NCBI GenBank assembly: GCA_018714105.1 | Contig: DVNW01000006.1 | Location: 5,689-69,688, forward strand | DNA length: 64,000 nt | Direction: 5' to 3' | Source: Candidatus Faecicola pullistercoris | GTDB taxonomy: Bacteria > Bacillota > Clostridia > Christensenellales > CAG-917 | In this document: piece by piece, positions 39,901 through 48,888 of the stretch | Position numbering within the stretch: position 1 is the stretch's first letter | Layout: every line of letters begins with the position of its first letter | Notes under the pieces: generated by a model | Seen by the model: only the letters and a program-made list of their open reading frames with translations | What the model was told of the DNA's origin: nothing | Database searches by the model: none | Program-made: the position numbers and the translations under genes

Positions 39901-40921
39901 TGTAAATCATATAAACGTTGCCTACCGAGCCGTCGGGAGTGGAAGGATTGGCCACGCCCTGACCGTAGCTGCCCTTGTTCTCGTCGAAAACGGCGGGGTC
40001 GGTGTTGACTCTGCGGTAGAGGTTGTTTCCGTTACCGGTATTGGTGGCGGAGTACAGGGCGGGTATGTTGGAAGAACCCGTGGACGAGAAGGTCAGATAA
40101 TCGAAATCGGCGTTGGGAACGCGCGTGGTTGTCTTTTTGACGAGGTCGGTAACCGAAATGCTCTCGTAAGTCAGATTTTCGTCCTCAACGGTTTCGAGAT
40201 ATATATTGTCAAAATATGCCCATCCGGCGGAGGTATAGGTATTGTTCGTGCCGAGGGTGAGGTAAAGATATACCGATTTATTGGTGAATTCGTGTCCCTG
40301 AATGTATATCGAATAGGTTTTCCATTCGCCCTTCGTGTCGATATCGGTAAGCTGGAAATAAGTAGCGGACGAACCGTAAAGATAAATCTTCGCGCCGCTG
40401 CCTTCCGTTACGTTGACGGTTTTAACGGAAACGTGCAATTTATACAGTTTGCCGGCGTTTATCGCAAGGGACGAACTAGGATAATAACCCGCATAACCCT
40501 TGTCGGGGTTATAAATCATAAGAACCTGATTATCGTCGGAAAGGCCCTTTATCGAGGAAACGGTTTTGCCGGGGTTAGCGGCGGAATACCATTTTGCGGC
40601 GTCCGAAGAAGTGTCGCTGGAAGTTTCGTCGTCAAGCGAGGGATAGGAAGCGTACGTATCTTCGTTTACGCTGATGACGCCTTTTACGGAATCCGAATAA
40701 TTCGTGCTTACGCTTGTCCAGTTGCTGGGAGAAGCGGGATGCGAGGTAGAACCCGTAGTGGCAAAGTTACCGTTAGGCACCGTAAGGGTGAGACTCTCAT
40801 CGGAAGAACCGCTGCCGCCGTCTTTGTCGTCGTCGTTATTGCAGGCGGCAAGCACAATCATCATTACGGATAACATCACAACAAGAATAATCGTAAGGTA
40901 TCTTTTAAAACTGGTTTTCAT
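36938..40921 (-). CDS. Giant modular cell-surface protein (lipobox, five CBM-like beta-sandwich modules, C-terminal TM with polybasic tail)
   Basis: 1327 aa. Signal peptide with LAAC lipobox. Five modules each end in a W/GxxFFD(K/N)(V/I/L)xL-type block. C-terminal WLWISSAVLGAVIIVVVIIYFIKKYAPKKKAKVK. Confidence 0.8.
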   Translation of the reverse strand: MKTSFKRYLTIILVVMLSVMMIVLAACNNDDDKDGGSGSSDESLTLTVPNGNFATTGSTSHPASPSNWTSVSTNYSDSVKGVISVNEDTYASYPSLDDETSSDTSSDAAKWYSAANPGKTVSSIKGLSDDNQVLMIYNPDKGYAGYYPSSSLAINAGKLYKLHVSVKTVNVTEGSGAKIYLYGSSATYFQLTDIDTKGEWKTYSIYIQGHEFTNKSVYLYLTLGTNNTYTSAGWAYFDNIYLETVEDENLTYESISVTDLVKKTTTRVPNADFDYLTFSSTGSSNIPALYSATNTGNGNNLYRRVNTDPAVFDENKGSYGQGVANPSTPDGSVGNVYMIYNSALSAIGFKTNATLGIAQCANYKISIWVKTVSLPESTDPNIATVKLTNTEYDDTEVTLSTAGEWKKIDFYVIGSKNANVSLTLELHFGTGNDDSTFSSGWAFFDKLTVEKLAADAVIPVTGDEQTEIDGSIAKRCNLRTDEESLLENGLFENGTDAFTPVFDEGSSTLMNGIDASSVVAGVWDTKAQTNAFRQLGTDNVIENLGNYTAPTLPYYYDSDSNKVLAILSDSAGVYNLKYEDAKMVLDPFSYYRLGVWIKTEDVQSSAGVNVSLFEKTDDEDASALSSFTNINTENITTKLIGGWQEVAFYIQTGKEAKTVYLTVSLGSGNKWTSSTLAEGQAFLTNFTLTRTEYSVYNSASGSYAKKTSFVTTTSDSFNNGEFNNYDYSLIEGLGNGGMTGEGADAEFSDNFGAASGWKFNNSNKNGTQLGGIVDLKDAATIANIINEINDSSVLPASAFENMFIPVPDTVTDANIGDLAYIGGDKLLMIASTDAATSDSAGGKVSVGYKSNSASLSASKYYQLSVLVKTVGSANARVYLYGNDNNVLASFKTINTAADTTYNGWTRYTFYIQTNLTTQSVVLGLYIGDEGKETKTAISEPEYYYDGGAAFFDKVLLQEIDAAEFETAQNDDTNAVYSFKTDSFDSFSSTSSSDSILYSPSNWTGKDDTADDDTEADYTLAGVLNAENKDDFIDHLLNLDDFIVYSEAGNVSEDTVFYANVGDADNPQWALWTEEHGDANKYVNESLTKSLAEIYEDKAEYQTVLSAPQSDSMLLIYNEKAAAYSYTSTSTSAASGKYYKVSFSFKTYALGEGQKAYATLTIDGTDYTLNLAADNWVNAEFYVLNSAASSKSFTLKLGMGTVVDETNHYVEGFVMFDDVAIETTDKAAYDSAVVGDTVMKFTVTDDIEPGTEDKDDGDADPGKKNLNWLWISSAVLGAVIIVVVIIYFIKKYAPKKKAKVKASSFDKRFKDNPDSIKNKSDKYKNMKD
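37256..40780 (-). repeat. Five divergent protein-level modules of ~185-245 aa within the giant CDS
   Basis: Approximate modules are aa 48-245, 268-452, 486-692, 716-960 and 978-1222. Each begins with an N(G/A)xF-type motif and contains (K/Y)Y(K/Q/R)(L/V/I)S(V/I)xVKT...W..(Y/V/I)(S/T/D/A/E)FY(I/V)...(L/V)xLxLG...(W)A(F/Y)FD. Confidence 0.7.
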
Positions 40922-41087
40922 TGTGTCTCCTATAATACTGAGATTATTGATATAATTATTATGCTCAATATAATATTAAAAAAGCATTAAACTTCAATAA
41001 TTATAATACAAAGCAAAAAAATATGCAAACTATTTTGAGGCAGATTGAATAAATAAAAGGCAAAAAAGACGGCATAATAAAAAGGTA

Positions 41088-41480
41088 ATGTTGAAATTTG
41101 CAGAGGAGAGTAAAAAAGACAAACTCAAAAAGCGTATTGCGGGACTGAGCGTAGGCGGCGTAATAGGATTCGTAAACGGATTCTTCGGGGGCGGCGCAGG
41201 AATGTTGCTGGTCCCCGCGATAGGTTTGCTGTACGGGTGTTCGGTAAAGCAGAGTCACGCGACGGCTATAGCTGCCGTCCTGCCCATGACTCTTGTCAGC
41301 ACTGCAATATACTATTTTGAAGGAGTGGGCGCGGGAGAGGCTTTCCGGCCTGCTTCCTTAGGCGTGGTCGCAGGGGGAATTCTGGGCGCGGTATTGCTTA
41401 AAAAACTGTCGTCCAAATGGATAGGCGCTATCTTCAACATTATAATGATAGCGGCGGGTGTTCGGCTAATAATAGGCTGA
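41088..41480 (+). CDS. Half-size TauE/SafE (TSUP) family membrane protein, gene 1
   Basis: 130 aa, 4 TM, with GFVNGFFGGGAGMLLVPA signature. Confidence 0.75.
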   Translation: MLKFAEESKKDKLKKRIAGLSVGGVIGFVNGFFGGGAGMLLVPAIGLLYGCSVKQSHATAIAAVLPMTLVSTAIYYFEGVGAGEAFRPASLGVVAGGILGAVLLKKLSSKWIGAIFNIIMIAAGVRLIIG

Positions 41481-41534
41481 ACAGCCCTTTTATTTATCAA
41501 TTTACATATTTAAACATCGGATTAGGTAAATTTT

Positions 41535-41897
41535 ATGTTATGGTTATACGTGTTGGCGGGCATCATAGGAGGATTGCTCGGAGGAATGGGAATGGGCGGC
41601 GGAACTCTGCTTATTCCCATACTTACCGTCATGCTGGACGTGGAACAGCAAACCGCGCAGTTTATAAATCTGGCTTCCTTTATTCCCATGAGTCTGTGCG
41701 CGCTGGCTTTTCATATAAAGAACAGGCTGGTGATATTCAAAGGGCTTTTATACATCGTGATTCCTGCGGTAGTCATGGCGGTTGCGGGCAGTTTTCTTGC
41801 CGTAGGAGCTGACGGCAGGCTTCTGTCCGGTCTGTTCGGAGGGTTTTTGTGCGTTCTGGGCGCGGTATCGCTCGTCGGCGGCGGCATAAAAAAGTAA
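41535..41897 (+). CDS. Half-size TauE/SafE (TSUP) family membrane protein, gene 2
   Basis: 120 aa, 4 TM, with GLLGGMGMGGGTLLIPIL signature. Confidence 0.75.
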   Translation: MLWLYVLAGIIGGLLGGMGMGGGTLLIPILTVMLDVEQQTAQFINLASFIPMSLCALAFHIKNRLVIFKGLLYIVIPAVVMAVAGSFLAVGADGRLLSGLFGGFLCVLGAVSLVGGGIKK

Positions 41898-41904
41898 ATC
41901 GCCT

Positions 41905-41933
41905 ATTGATTATTGTTTTTACGCGTGGTATAA
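41905..41933 (+). promoter_or_regulatory. Sigma-A type promoter of malQ
   Basis: TTGATT, 17 nt, TATAAT. Confidence 0.5.
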
Positions 41934-41985
41934 TTATTAAAAAGAGCCGTGTTTATACGGCCGAATTACCTTTCGGAGGCCCAAA

Positions 41986-43461
41986 ATGCGTAAAGCCGGA
42001 GTACAAGCGGATTTGTTTTCCATGCCGGGCGAGTTCGGTATCGGAGGCATTAATCAGGACGCGGAAGATTTCGTTTCGCTTATTTCGGGTTACGGTTTTA
42101 CCGTTTGGAACACTTTGCCCGTAAATATATCGGGCAAGGACAACAGCCCGTTTACAGGTATCAGTTTTTACGCGGGCAATCCCGTATACATCAATCCTTA
42201 CGACATGTACTCGCGCGGGCTTATAAACGGTACCGATCTGGAGCTTGCAAAATACCGTGGCAGCATCTATACCGCCGATTACGACTTTGCCTCCAAAAGC
42301 ATATACGGTCTTATAGAAAAGGCGCTGGACAACGTTTCTCCCGTACTGGCCGAAGAGATAGCGGCTTTTTCGGCGGCCAACCGGCACTGGCTTACCGATT
42401 ACGCGCGCTATATGATATTGAGCAGCGACGCCGACGGAAATTTTTCCGCATTTCCCGACAAGCTCCGACGGCGCGATCCGCAGGCCCTCGAGCTTTTCGA
42501 CGAGATAAACGCGCGTAAAATGGCGCATTACAGGCTGGAACAGTATCTGTTTTACAGCGCGTGGGCCAGACTTAAAAAATTTGCCAACGACATAGGCGTG
42601 AAAATAGTGGCCACCGTAAGGCTCGGGCTTCCTTACTTTAACGCCGAGGTATGGTGCAATCCCGATTTGTTCGAACTCGGCAAGGACGGCCTGCCGCTTA
42701 AGGCGCTTAAAGACGGTTGCGGCGCAGGCAACAGCCCGTTATCCGTGCCCGTGTATATTCCCGAACGCCTTCAAGCCGACAAATATTCTCTTTTAAGGCG
42801 GCGTTTCAGGCATCTTTACACGTTATACGACGGCCTTATTATCGACGACGCTTACAATCTTTTCGAACTGAACTGTTCATCCCCGGACGGCCGCTGCGAA
42901 AAATTCCGTCCCGACGGCAAAAAACTGATAAATCTCATTAAAAAGGACAATCCGGGCAAAATACTAATACTCGAAAAGCGCAAAAAGGCAAACGCGGGTA
43001 CCGTTTACGCCTACGATATAGGCGGACTTCATACCGAAAATTTCCAAAACGCTTTCGCCGAGCCGTCAGACGCGGGCGCCTATCCTCACAATTACGACGC
43101 CGACTGCGTGGCTTTTACTTCGAGATACGATACTAACACCGCTTTGGGCTGGCTTTACGAGCTTGAGCCTTCGGTGCGGGACGAGGTTCTTGAATACGTA
43201 GGTTTCAGCGGGCCCGGCTGGGGCGCCGGAGGCCGCGACTGCACGTCGGTCAAAGCAATCGCCAGACAGTTAATTGCGTCGGCCTGCTCGATAGCCGTAA
43301 TTCCCGTTCAGGACCTGTGCGGTTTCGGCGATCTTACCCGCGTCAACAGCAACAATCCCGAGGGCGACTGGAAATTCAGACTATGTTACGACGCGCTTAA
43401 CAATATAGATTTTCCTTATTATTCCGGCCTTATAAAACTCTATAAACGCGACGAGAGGTAA
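41986..43461 (+). CDS. malQ: 4-alpha-glucanotransferase (amylomaltase, GH77)
   Basis: 491 aa. The N-terminus is typical of GH77: GVQADLFSMPGEFGIGGINQDAEDFV...WNTLPVN. Confidence 0.88.
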   Translation: MRKAGVQADLFSMPGEFGIGGINQDAEDFVSLISGYGFTVWNTLPVNISGKDNSPFTGISFYAGNPVYINPYDMYSRGLINGTDLELAKYRGSIYTADYDFASKSIYGLIEKALDNVSPVLAEEIAAFSAANRHWLTDYARYMILSSDADGNFSAFPDKLRRRDPQALELFDEINARKMAHYRLEQYLFYSAWARLKKFANDIGVKIVATVRLGLPYFNAEVWCNPDLFELGKDGLPLKALKDGCGAGNSPLSVPVYIPERLQADKYSLLRRRFRHLYTLYDGLIIDDAYNLFELNCSSPDGRCEKFRPDGKKLINLIKKDNPGKILILEKRKKANAGTVYAYDIGGLHTENFQNAFAEPSDAGAYPHNYDADCVAFTSRYDTNTALGWLYELEPSVRDEVLEYVGFSGPGWGAGGRDCTSVKAIARQLIASACSIAVIPVQDLCGFGDLTRVNSNNPEGDWKFRLCYDALNNIDFPYYSGLIKLYKRDER

Positions 43462-43464
43462 AAA

Positions 43465-43980
43465 ATGATTGTATTTATCAAACGCGGCCCGTACGACCGC
43501 AGGGAACTGATAGATCTCTGTTTCAACAGATACATAGATTGCGTCGGGGAAAAAGGCGGCACGTCCCAAACGGTCGCAGGGGTCAACAACAAGCCTTATT
43601 TCAAAGACAGGCCAGACGTTCGCTTTTCCATAAGCCACAGCGGCGATATAGTGCTGCTTGCCATGGGGCGCACCGAAATCGGGATAGATATCGAAAAAAT
43701 CCGTCCGCTCGATTATAAATCGCTTGCCGAGAGATACTATACGGGAGGAGAAAAGCAAAAGGCCTCTACTCTCGAAGGTTATTTCGAGGTATGGACGGCA
43801 AAAGAAGCCTATCTCAAACTTACGGCGGAAGGGCTTGGAGGCATCGGCAAGTACGATACCACCGCCCCGCTTAGCTATAACGGCGAAAAAACGGTTTTTA
43901 CGCCGGTGGACGTGTTCGAGGGATATAAGTGCACGATAGCCGCTCCCGAACAGGAAATAATTTTCAGCGAAATATTCTGA
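43465..43980 (+). CDS. Short Sfp-type 4'-phosphopantetheinyl transferase
   Basis: FSISHSGDIVLLA, GIDIE and W(T)AKEAYLK motifs. 171 aa. Starts 3 nt after the malQ stop. Confidence 0.8.
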   Translation: MIVFIKRGPYDRRELIDLCFNRYIDCVGEKGGTSQTVAGVNNKPYFKDRPDVRFSISHSGDIVLLAMGRTEIGIDIEKIRPLDYKSLAERYYTGGEKQKASTLEGYFEVWTAKEAYLKLTAEGLGGIGKYDTTAPLSYNGEKTVFTPVDVFEGYKCTIAAPEQEIIFSEIF

Positions 43981-44023
43981 AACTGTCGTAAAATGCGCTG
44001 AGGCGGCAAACCGCGCAAATAAA

Positions 44024-44052
44024 ATTGACAATTATTGTCGGATATAGTAATA
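44024..44052 (+). promoter_or_regulatory. Sigma-A type promoter of acpP
   Basis: TTGACA, 17 nt, TAATAT. The palindrome GACAAT-t-ATTGTC overlaps the -35. Confidence 0.5.
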
Positions 44053-44096
44053 TAAGGTTATTGTAATCATAAAATGACAAAAGCAGGAGGTAAAAT

Positions 44097-44327
44097 ATGG
44101 TTTTTGAAAAGCTTAAAGCTATGATAGCCAAACAACTCGGTATCGCCGAAGAAAAAATCACTCTCGATTCCAGAATCGATAAGGATTTGGGCGCCGATTC
44201 CCTGGATATAGTAGAAATGCTTATGGACGTCGAAAACACCTGGGACATCACTATCGAAGACGAAGACGTACAGGGCTTTGCAACCGTAGGCGACGTAGTA
44301 AAATACATCGAAAGCCTTATTAAGTAA
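44097..44327 (+). CDS. acpP: Acyl carrier protein
   Basis: 76 aa with the LGADSLDIVE phosphopantetheine attachment site. Confidence 0.9.
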   Translation: MVFEKLKAMIAKQLGIAEEKITLDSRIDKDLGADSLDIVEMLMDVENTWDITIEDEDVQGFATVGDVVKYIESLIK

Positions 44328-44431
44328 TGACAATTCACAGGCAAAAGCGTCCGCAGTCCGCGGGCGCTTTTATTTATCTTAAAATTGACACATAAGATTG
44401 TCATATTGCCCGATAAGACCGTCACATAAAC

Positions 44432-44458
44432 ACAAAAAAAGACGCAAGTACGTCTTCT
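44432..44458 (-). terminator. Intrinsic terminator after leuB
   Basis: Minus strand AAGACG-TACTTG-CGTCTT followed by TTTTT. Confidence 0.7.
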
Positions 44459-44480
44459 TTGTTTATCGGCGTGCGTGCCG

Positions 44481-45551
44481 TTATATCAGAATATTGCTTA
44501 TTATTACCTCGGTCATGCGTTCGGTTCCGATTTTTACGAAATTGTCCGTGTAAATATCCGGCGTGCGGTAGCCGTCGGCAAGCGCCTTCTTTACGGCGTT
44601 TTCCACGTCGCGGGCGGCTTCTTCCATGTTGAGCGACAGTCTCAGCATCATCGCTGCGGATAAAATGGTTGCCAAAGGATTTGCCGTGCCCGTACCCGCT
44701 ATGTCGGGCGCGGAGCCGTGTATAGGTTCGTAAAGTCCCGCAGAGGTATTGCCTACGGAGGCCGACGGCATCAGTCCTATGCTTCCCACAAGCGCGGCCA
44801 TGAGATCGCTTAAAATATCGCCGAACATATTAGAGGTAACTATAACGTCGAAATGGGACGGGTTGCGGGCCAGCTGCATGGCGCAGTTGTCTACCAGCAT
44901 GTCTTCGACGGTTACGTCGGGATAATCTTCGTTTATGTCGTGCACTATTTTGCGCCACAGTCTGCTGCTTTCGAGTACGTTTGCCTTGTCCACGCTTACG
45001 AGACGTTTTTTGCGCGTCTGAGCAAGTTCGAACGCCGAGCGGGCTATGCGTTCGGCTTCGAGTTCGCTTATACATTCGGTATCGAAGGCTTCTCTGCCGT
45101 ACTTACCGATGCGGTAACCTCTTTCTCCAAAGTAAATACCGCCTGTAAGCTCTCTTACCATTACGGCGTCTATGCCGTCCGCGAGCAGGCTTTCTTTAAG
45201 CGGAGAAGCGAATTTAAGTTCGGGATACAGCACGGCTTGCCTGAAATTGGCGTAAAGGCCCAGCTCTTTTCTGATTCCCAGAAGGGCTTTTTCGGGGCGG
45301 ACGGGGGCATTGTCCCATTTCGGACCGCCGACTGCGCCCAGCAACACTGCGGACGCCTTTTTACATACGTCAACGGAAGATTGCGGCATGGGCGTACCCA
45401 GGGTATCTATCGCGATACCGCCCATAGGCGCTTCCTCGAAATTAAATACGGCGTCGTATTTTTTGCCGATTGCGGCAAGAACTTTTTTTGCCGACGATAT
45501 TATTTCGGGACCTATTCCGTCGCCGCTTATTGTCGCTATATCGTAAATCAT
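44481..45551 (-). CDS. leuB: 3-isopropylmalate dehydrogenase
   Basis: 356 aa with the NMFGDILSD signature. Confidence 0.95.
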   Translation of the reverse strand: MIYDIATISGDGIGPEIISSAKKVLAAIGKKYDAVFNFEEAPMGGIAIDTLGTPMPQSSVDVCKKASAVLLGAVGGPKWDNAPVRPEKALLGIRKELGLYANFRQAVLYPELKFASPLKESLLADGIDAVMVRELTGGIYFGERGYRIGKYGREAFDTECISELEAERIARSAFELAQTRKKRLVSVDKANVLESSRLWRKIVHDINEDYPDVTVEDMLVDNCAMQLARNPSHFDVIVTSNMFGDILSDLMAALVGSIGLMPSASVGNTSAGLYEPIHGSAPDIAGTGTANPLATILSAAMMLRLSLNMEEAARDVENAVKKALADGYRTPDIYTDNFVKIGTERMTEVIISNILI

Positions 45552-46039
45552 AACAATCCTTTTTCGCTAAGGGCTACAAGCCCGCCGTTTTCGATAAGTT
45601 TCTGCACGAATTCGCTTTGTCGGGGAATAACGTAAGAGGTACCGAGAGTAAGATTTTTTATTATTCCCTGCGTCAGATCCGCTTCCAGAATGTCGCCGTC
45701 GCGGGTTTCGTCCGCTATTGCGGCGTTTTCCGTTATATACAGCCCGGTATTAAGGCTGTTGCGGTAAAATATGCGCGCGAAACTCTTTGCTATAACAAGT
45801 TTTATTCCCGAGGCTTTTATTGCAAGAGGCGCGTGCTCTCTGGAACTTCCGCAACCGAAATTGTTTCCTGCCACTATAATATCGCCGTCGCAAACTCTGT
45901 CCTTGAAGGTCGCGTCAAGGTCCTCCATACAGTGCTGTTTAAGATGCTCGGGCGAGCTGGCGTTAAGATACCGGGCCGGAATGATGACGTCGGTATCCAC
46001 GTTGTCGCCGTATTTGAAAACTTTTCCTTTAACCGTCAT
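45548..46039 (-). CDS. leuD: 3-isopropylmalate dehydratase small subunit
   Basis: [13 protein letters not shown], 163 aa. Confidence 0.93.
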   Translation of the reverse strand: MTVKGKVFKYGDNVDTDVIIPARYLNASSPEHLKQHCMEDLDATFKDRVCDGDIIVAGNNFGCGSSREHAPLAIKASGIKLVIAKSFARIFYRNSLNTGLYITENAAIADETRDGDILEADLTQGIIKNLTLGTSYVIPRQSEFVQKLIENGGLVALSEKGLL

Positions 46040-46048
46040 AATATCTCC

Positions 46049-47305
46049 TTAAATGGTTCGAGGGTCGGTAAGACGCCCGGTAATCGCGCTTGCCGCGGCA
46101 ACGGCGGGGGAGGCAAGATATACTTCGCTTCCCGGGTGGCCCATTCTGCCCACGAAATTGCGGTTGGTAGTGGTTACGGCGCGCTCTCCGTCTGCCAGAA
46201 TACCCATATGTCCGCCCAGACAGGGGCCGCAGGTAGGCGTGCTGACGGCGCAACCCGCGTTTATGAAAGTTTCAAGATAGCCCAGTTTCAGAGCGTCGAG
46301 ATAGATTTTCTGGGTGGCGGGAATTATGATGACTCTCACGCCGTCGGCCGCTTTTTTACCTTTTAAAATTTCGGCGGCAACGGCAAGATCGCCGAGTCTG
46401 CCGTTTGTGCAGCTGCCTATAACTACCTGATCTATCGGAATATCGAAGCCTTCGTCGAAAGTATGCACGTTGGACGGCAGGTGCGGAAAGGCCACTGTGG
46501 GTTGCAATTTTGAAAGATCAATATCGATGGTCCTTACATATTCGGCGTCCGCGTCGGGCACGGTAACGGTAAAATCCGCAACTCCTGCCGAATGCAGATA
46601 TTCTTCAGCCTTACCGTCCACGGGGAAGAAGGCGTTTTTCGCGCCGCATTCTATCGCCATGTTGGCAACGGTGAAACGGTCGTCCATGGACAGGGCGTCT
46701 ATACCGTCGCCGAAAAATTCGAGAGATTTGTAATTTGCGCCGTCAACGCCCGTAATTCCTATCAAAGTCAGTATCAGGTCCTTGCCCGAAACGTATTTTC
46801 CCGGTTTGCCCGTAAGGTTGATTTTAATTGCTTCGGGTACGCGGAGCCAGCCTTTGCCCGACATTATCGCAACGGCCAGATCCGTGCTGCCCACTCCCGT
46901 GGAAAAGGCTCCCAGCGCGCCGTAAGTACAGGTATGCGAGTCCGCTCCCAGTATGATTTCGGACGGACGAACCAGGCCCTTTTCGGGCAGTAAAGCGTGT
47001 TCGATACCCATCTGACCGACGTCGTATACGTGAGATATACCCTGTCTTTGGGCAAATTCCCGTATACATTTGCACTGTTCGGCCGATTTTATATCCTTGT
47101 TAGGCACAAAATGGTCAAGCACGAATATGACGTTATCGGGATTATCGACTTTATCGCCTTTGGCGGCAACGGTCCTGACGGCGACGGGTGCGGTAATGTC
47201 GTTGCCCATAGCCTTGTCCACGTTAACCATTACCACTTCGCCGGGCGAAACGCTTTGTTTTTTGCAGTGAGCGGCTATAATTTTCTGAGTGGCGGTCATT
47301 GCCAT
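46049..47305 (-). CDS. leuC: 3-isopropylmalate dehydratase large subunit
   Basis: Aconitase-family protein with GSCTNGR and PTCGPCLG cluster ligands, 418 aa. Confidence 0.95.
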   Translation of the reverse strand: MAMTATQKIIAAHCKKQSVSPGEVVMVNVDKAMGNDITAPVAVRTVAAKGDKVDNPDNVIFVLDHFVPNKDIKSAEQCKCIREFAQRQGISHVYDVGQMGIEHALLPEKGLVRPSEIILGADSHTCTYGALGAFSTGVGSTDLAVAIMSGKGWLRVPEAIKINLTGKPGKYVSGKDLILTLIGITGVDGANYKSLEFFGDGIDALSMDDRFTVANMAIECGAKNAFFPVDGKAEEYLHSAGVADFTVTVPDADAEYVRTIDIDLSKLQPTVAFPHLPSNVHTFDEGFDIPIDQVVIGSCTNGRLGDLAVAAEILKGKKAADGVRVIIIPATQKIYLDALKLGYLETFINAGCAVSTPTCGPCLGGHMGILADGERAVTTTNRNFVGRMGHPGSEVYLASPAVAAASAITGRLTDPRTI

Positions 47306-48888
47306 ACGGCATTCTCCTGAATGTTATTTTTTGAAAGTTTGTATTCGACGGAATCGCAAAGAGCTATCCAGCTGGCTTCCACTACGTCGGAAGACACGCC
47401 TACGGTAGTCCAGGTTTCCGCGCCGTCGGAAGAGGTGATAAGAACCCTTACTTTGGCGGCGGTAGCGGCCTCGCCGTTAATTACTCTTACCTTATAATCT
47501 ATTAGCGAAATGCTTTCAATTTGCGGATAAAAGGATTTAAGCGCCTGTCTCAGCGCAATATCCAGCGCATGAACGGGGCCGTTGCCCTCGCCGTTGGCGG
47601 TGGCGAGAGTGCTGCCGACCTGAATTTTGATTACGGCAAGAGCCGCCGCGCCCGCTACGGGCGGTTGCTCGTTTATGACCTTGAAGTTTATCAGTTTGAA
47701 AAAGGGCCTGTAAATGCCGAGGCATTTTTGCGTAAGGATTATGAAACTGGCGTCGGCCCCTTCGAACTGATATCCGTTATTCTCGGCCTCTTTAAGTGCG
47801 GCAAGTATGGAACGGGCCTGTTTGCTTTCCTTTGCAATATCGGGGTATAAATTGTGTATTTTGTTCAAAACGGCAGTTCTTCCCGCCATATCGCTTAATA
47901 AAATGCGTCTTTTGTTACCTACCGTGTCGGGAGATATAAACTCGAAAGTAGAGGAATTTTTGACTACCGCGTCCGCGTGAGTGCCGGCTTTATGGGCAAA
48001 CGCGCCCGAACCTATAAACGGAAAATACGAAGGCACGGTAAGATTGGAAATTTCGGCCACAGCCTTGGCGACGGGGTAGAGCATATGCATTTTTTCGGGC
48101 GGAATCAGGCTGTAACCCATTTTAAGCTGCAAAGTGGGGATGAGGGTGGAAAGATTGGCGTTTCCGCACCTTTCGCCAAGTCCGAGGAAGGTACCCTGAA
48201 TATGTTTTGCGCCGCCTTGCACGGCCGAAACAGTACAGGCAACCGCCATACCCAGGTCGTTATGGCAGTGAATGCCTATGACCGCGTCGGGGAAGGATGT
48301 AACCGCCGTCTGCGTCGCGCTTTTCACGTAATCGGGCAGATTAGCGCCGTTGGTGTCGCAAAGCACAAGTCTGCGTGCGCCGCTCATGAATGCGGTTTCC
48401 AGACATTTAAGCGAGTATTCGGGGTTTTCCGCATAGCCGTCGAAGAAATGCTCGGCGTCGAATATAACCTCTTTGCCGTTTTCGATAAAATACTTTACGG
48501 TATCTGCAATTATTTTAAGATTGTTTTCCGCCGTCGTTTTAAGGACCTCGGTAACCTGCGAAGCGGAGGCCTTTCCGTAAATGCAAACGTATTTCGTGCC
48601 CGCGTCGGCAACGGCTTTAAGCGAAGCGGAGGAAAATGCGTCCGAGTCGGGGTGCGCGGTACTGCCGAAAGCGACGAGGGAAGAAGATTGCAGTTCGGTC
48701 TGAGCGGCTAAAGCGAAAAATTCGGCGTCTTTCGGACTGCTGGCGGGCGAGCCGCCCTCTATGAAAGTAATGCCGAATCCGTCCAGAAGCCGCATGATTT
48801 GCAGTTTGTCCTCTTTGGAAAAGGAAATACCCTCGGCCTGAGCGCCGTCGCGCAGGGTGGTATCGAGGACTTCCAGTTTATTGTTCAT
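47296..48888 (-). CDS. cimA: (R)-citramalate synthase (LeuA-family paralog)
   Basis: [17 protein letters not shown]-like domain plus a LeuA-dimer regulatory domain, 530 aa. The family is certain; the citramalate-versus-isopropylmalate specificity is inferred. Confidence 0.75.
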   Translation of the reverse strand: MNNKLEVLDTTLRDGAQAEGISFSKEDKLQIMRLLDGFGITFIEGGSPASSPKDAEFFALAAQTELQSSSLVAFGSTAHPDSDAFSSASLKAVADAGTKYVCIYGKASASQVTEVLKTTAENNLKIIADTVKYFIENGKEVIFDAEHFFDGYAENPEYSLKCLETAFMSGARRLVLCDTNGANLPDYVKSATQTAVTSFPDAVIGIHCHNDLGMAVACTVSAVQGGAKHIQGTFLGLGERCGNANLSTLIPTLQLKMGYSLIPPEKMHMLYPVAKAVAEISNLTVPSYFPFIGSGAFAHKAGTHADAVVKNSSTFEFISPDTVGNKRRILLSDMAGRTAVLNKIHNLYPDIAKESKQARSILAALKEAENNGYQFEGADASFIILTQKCLGIYRPFFKLINFKVINEQPPVAGAAALAVIKIQVGSTLATANGEGNGPVHALDIALRQALKSFYPQIESISLIDYKVRVINGEAATAAKVRVLITSSDGAETWTTVGVSSDVVEASWIALCDSVEYKLSKNNIQENAVWQ

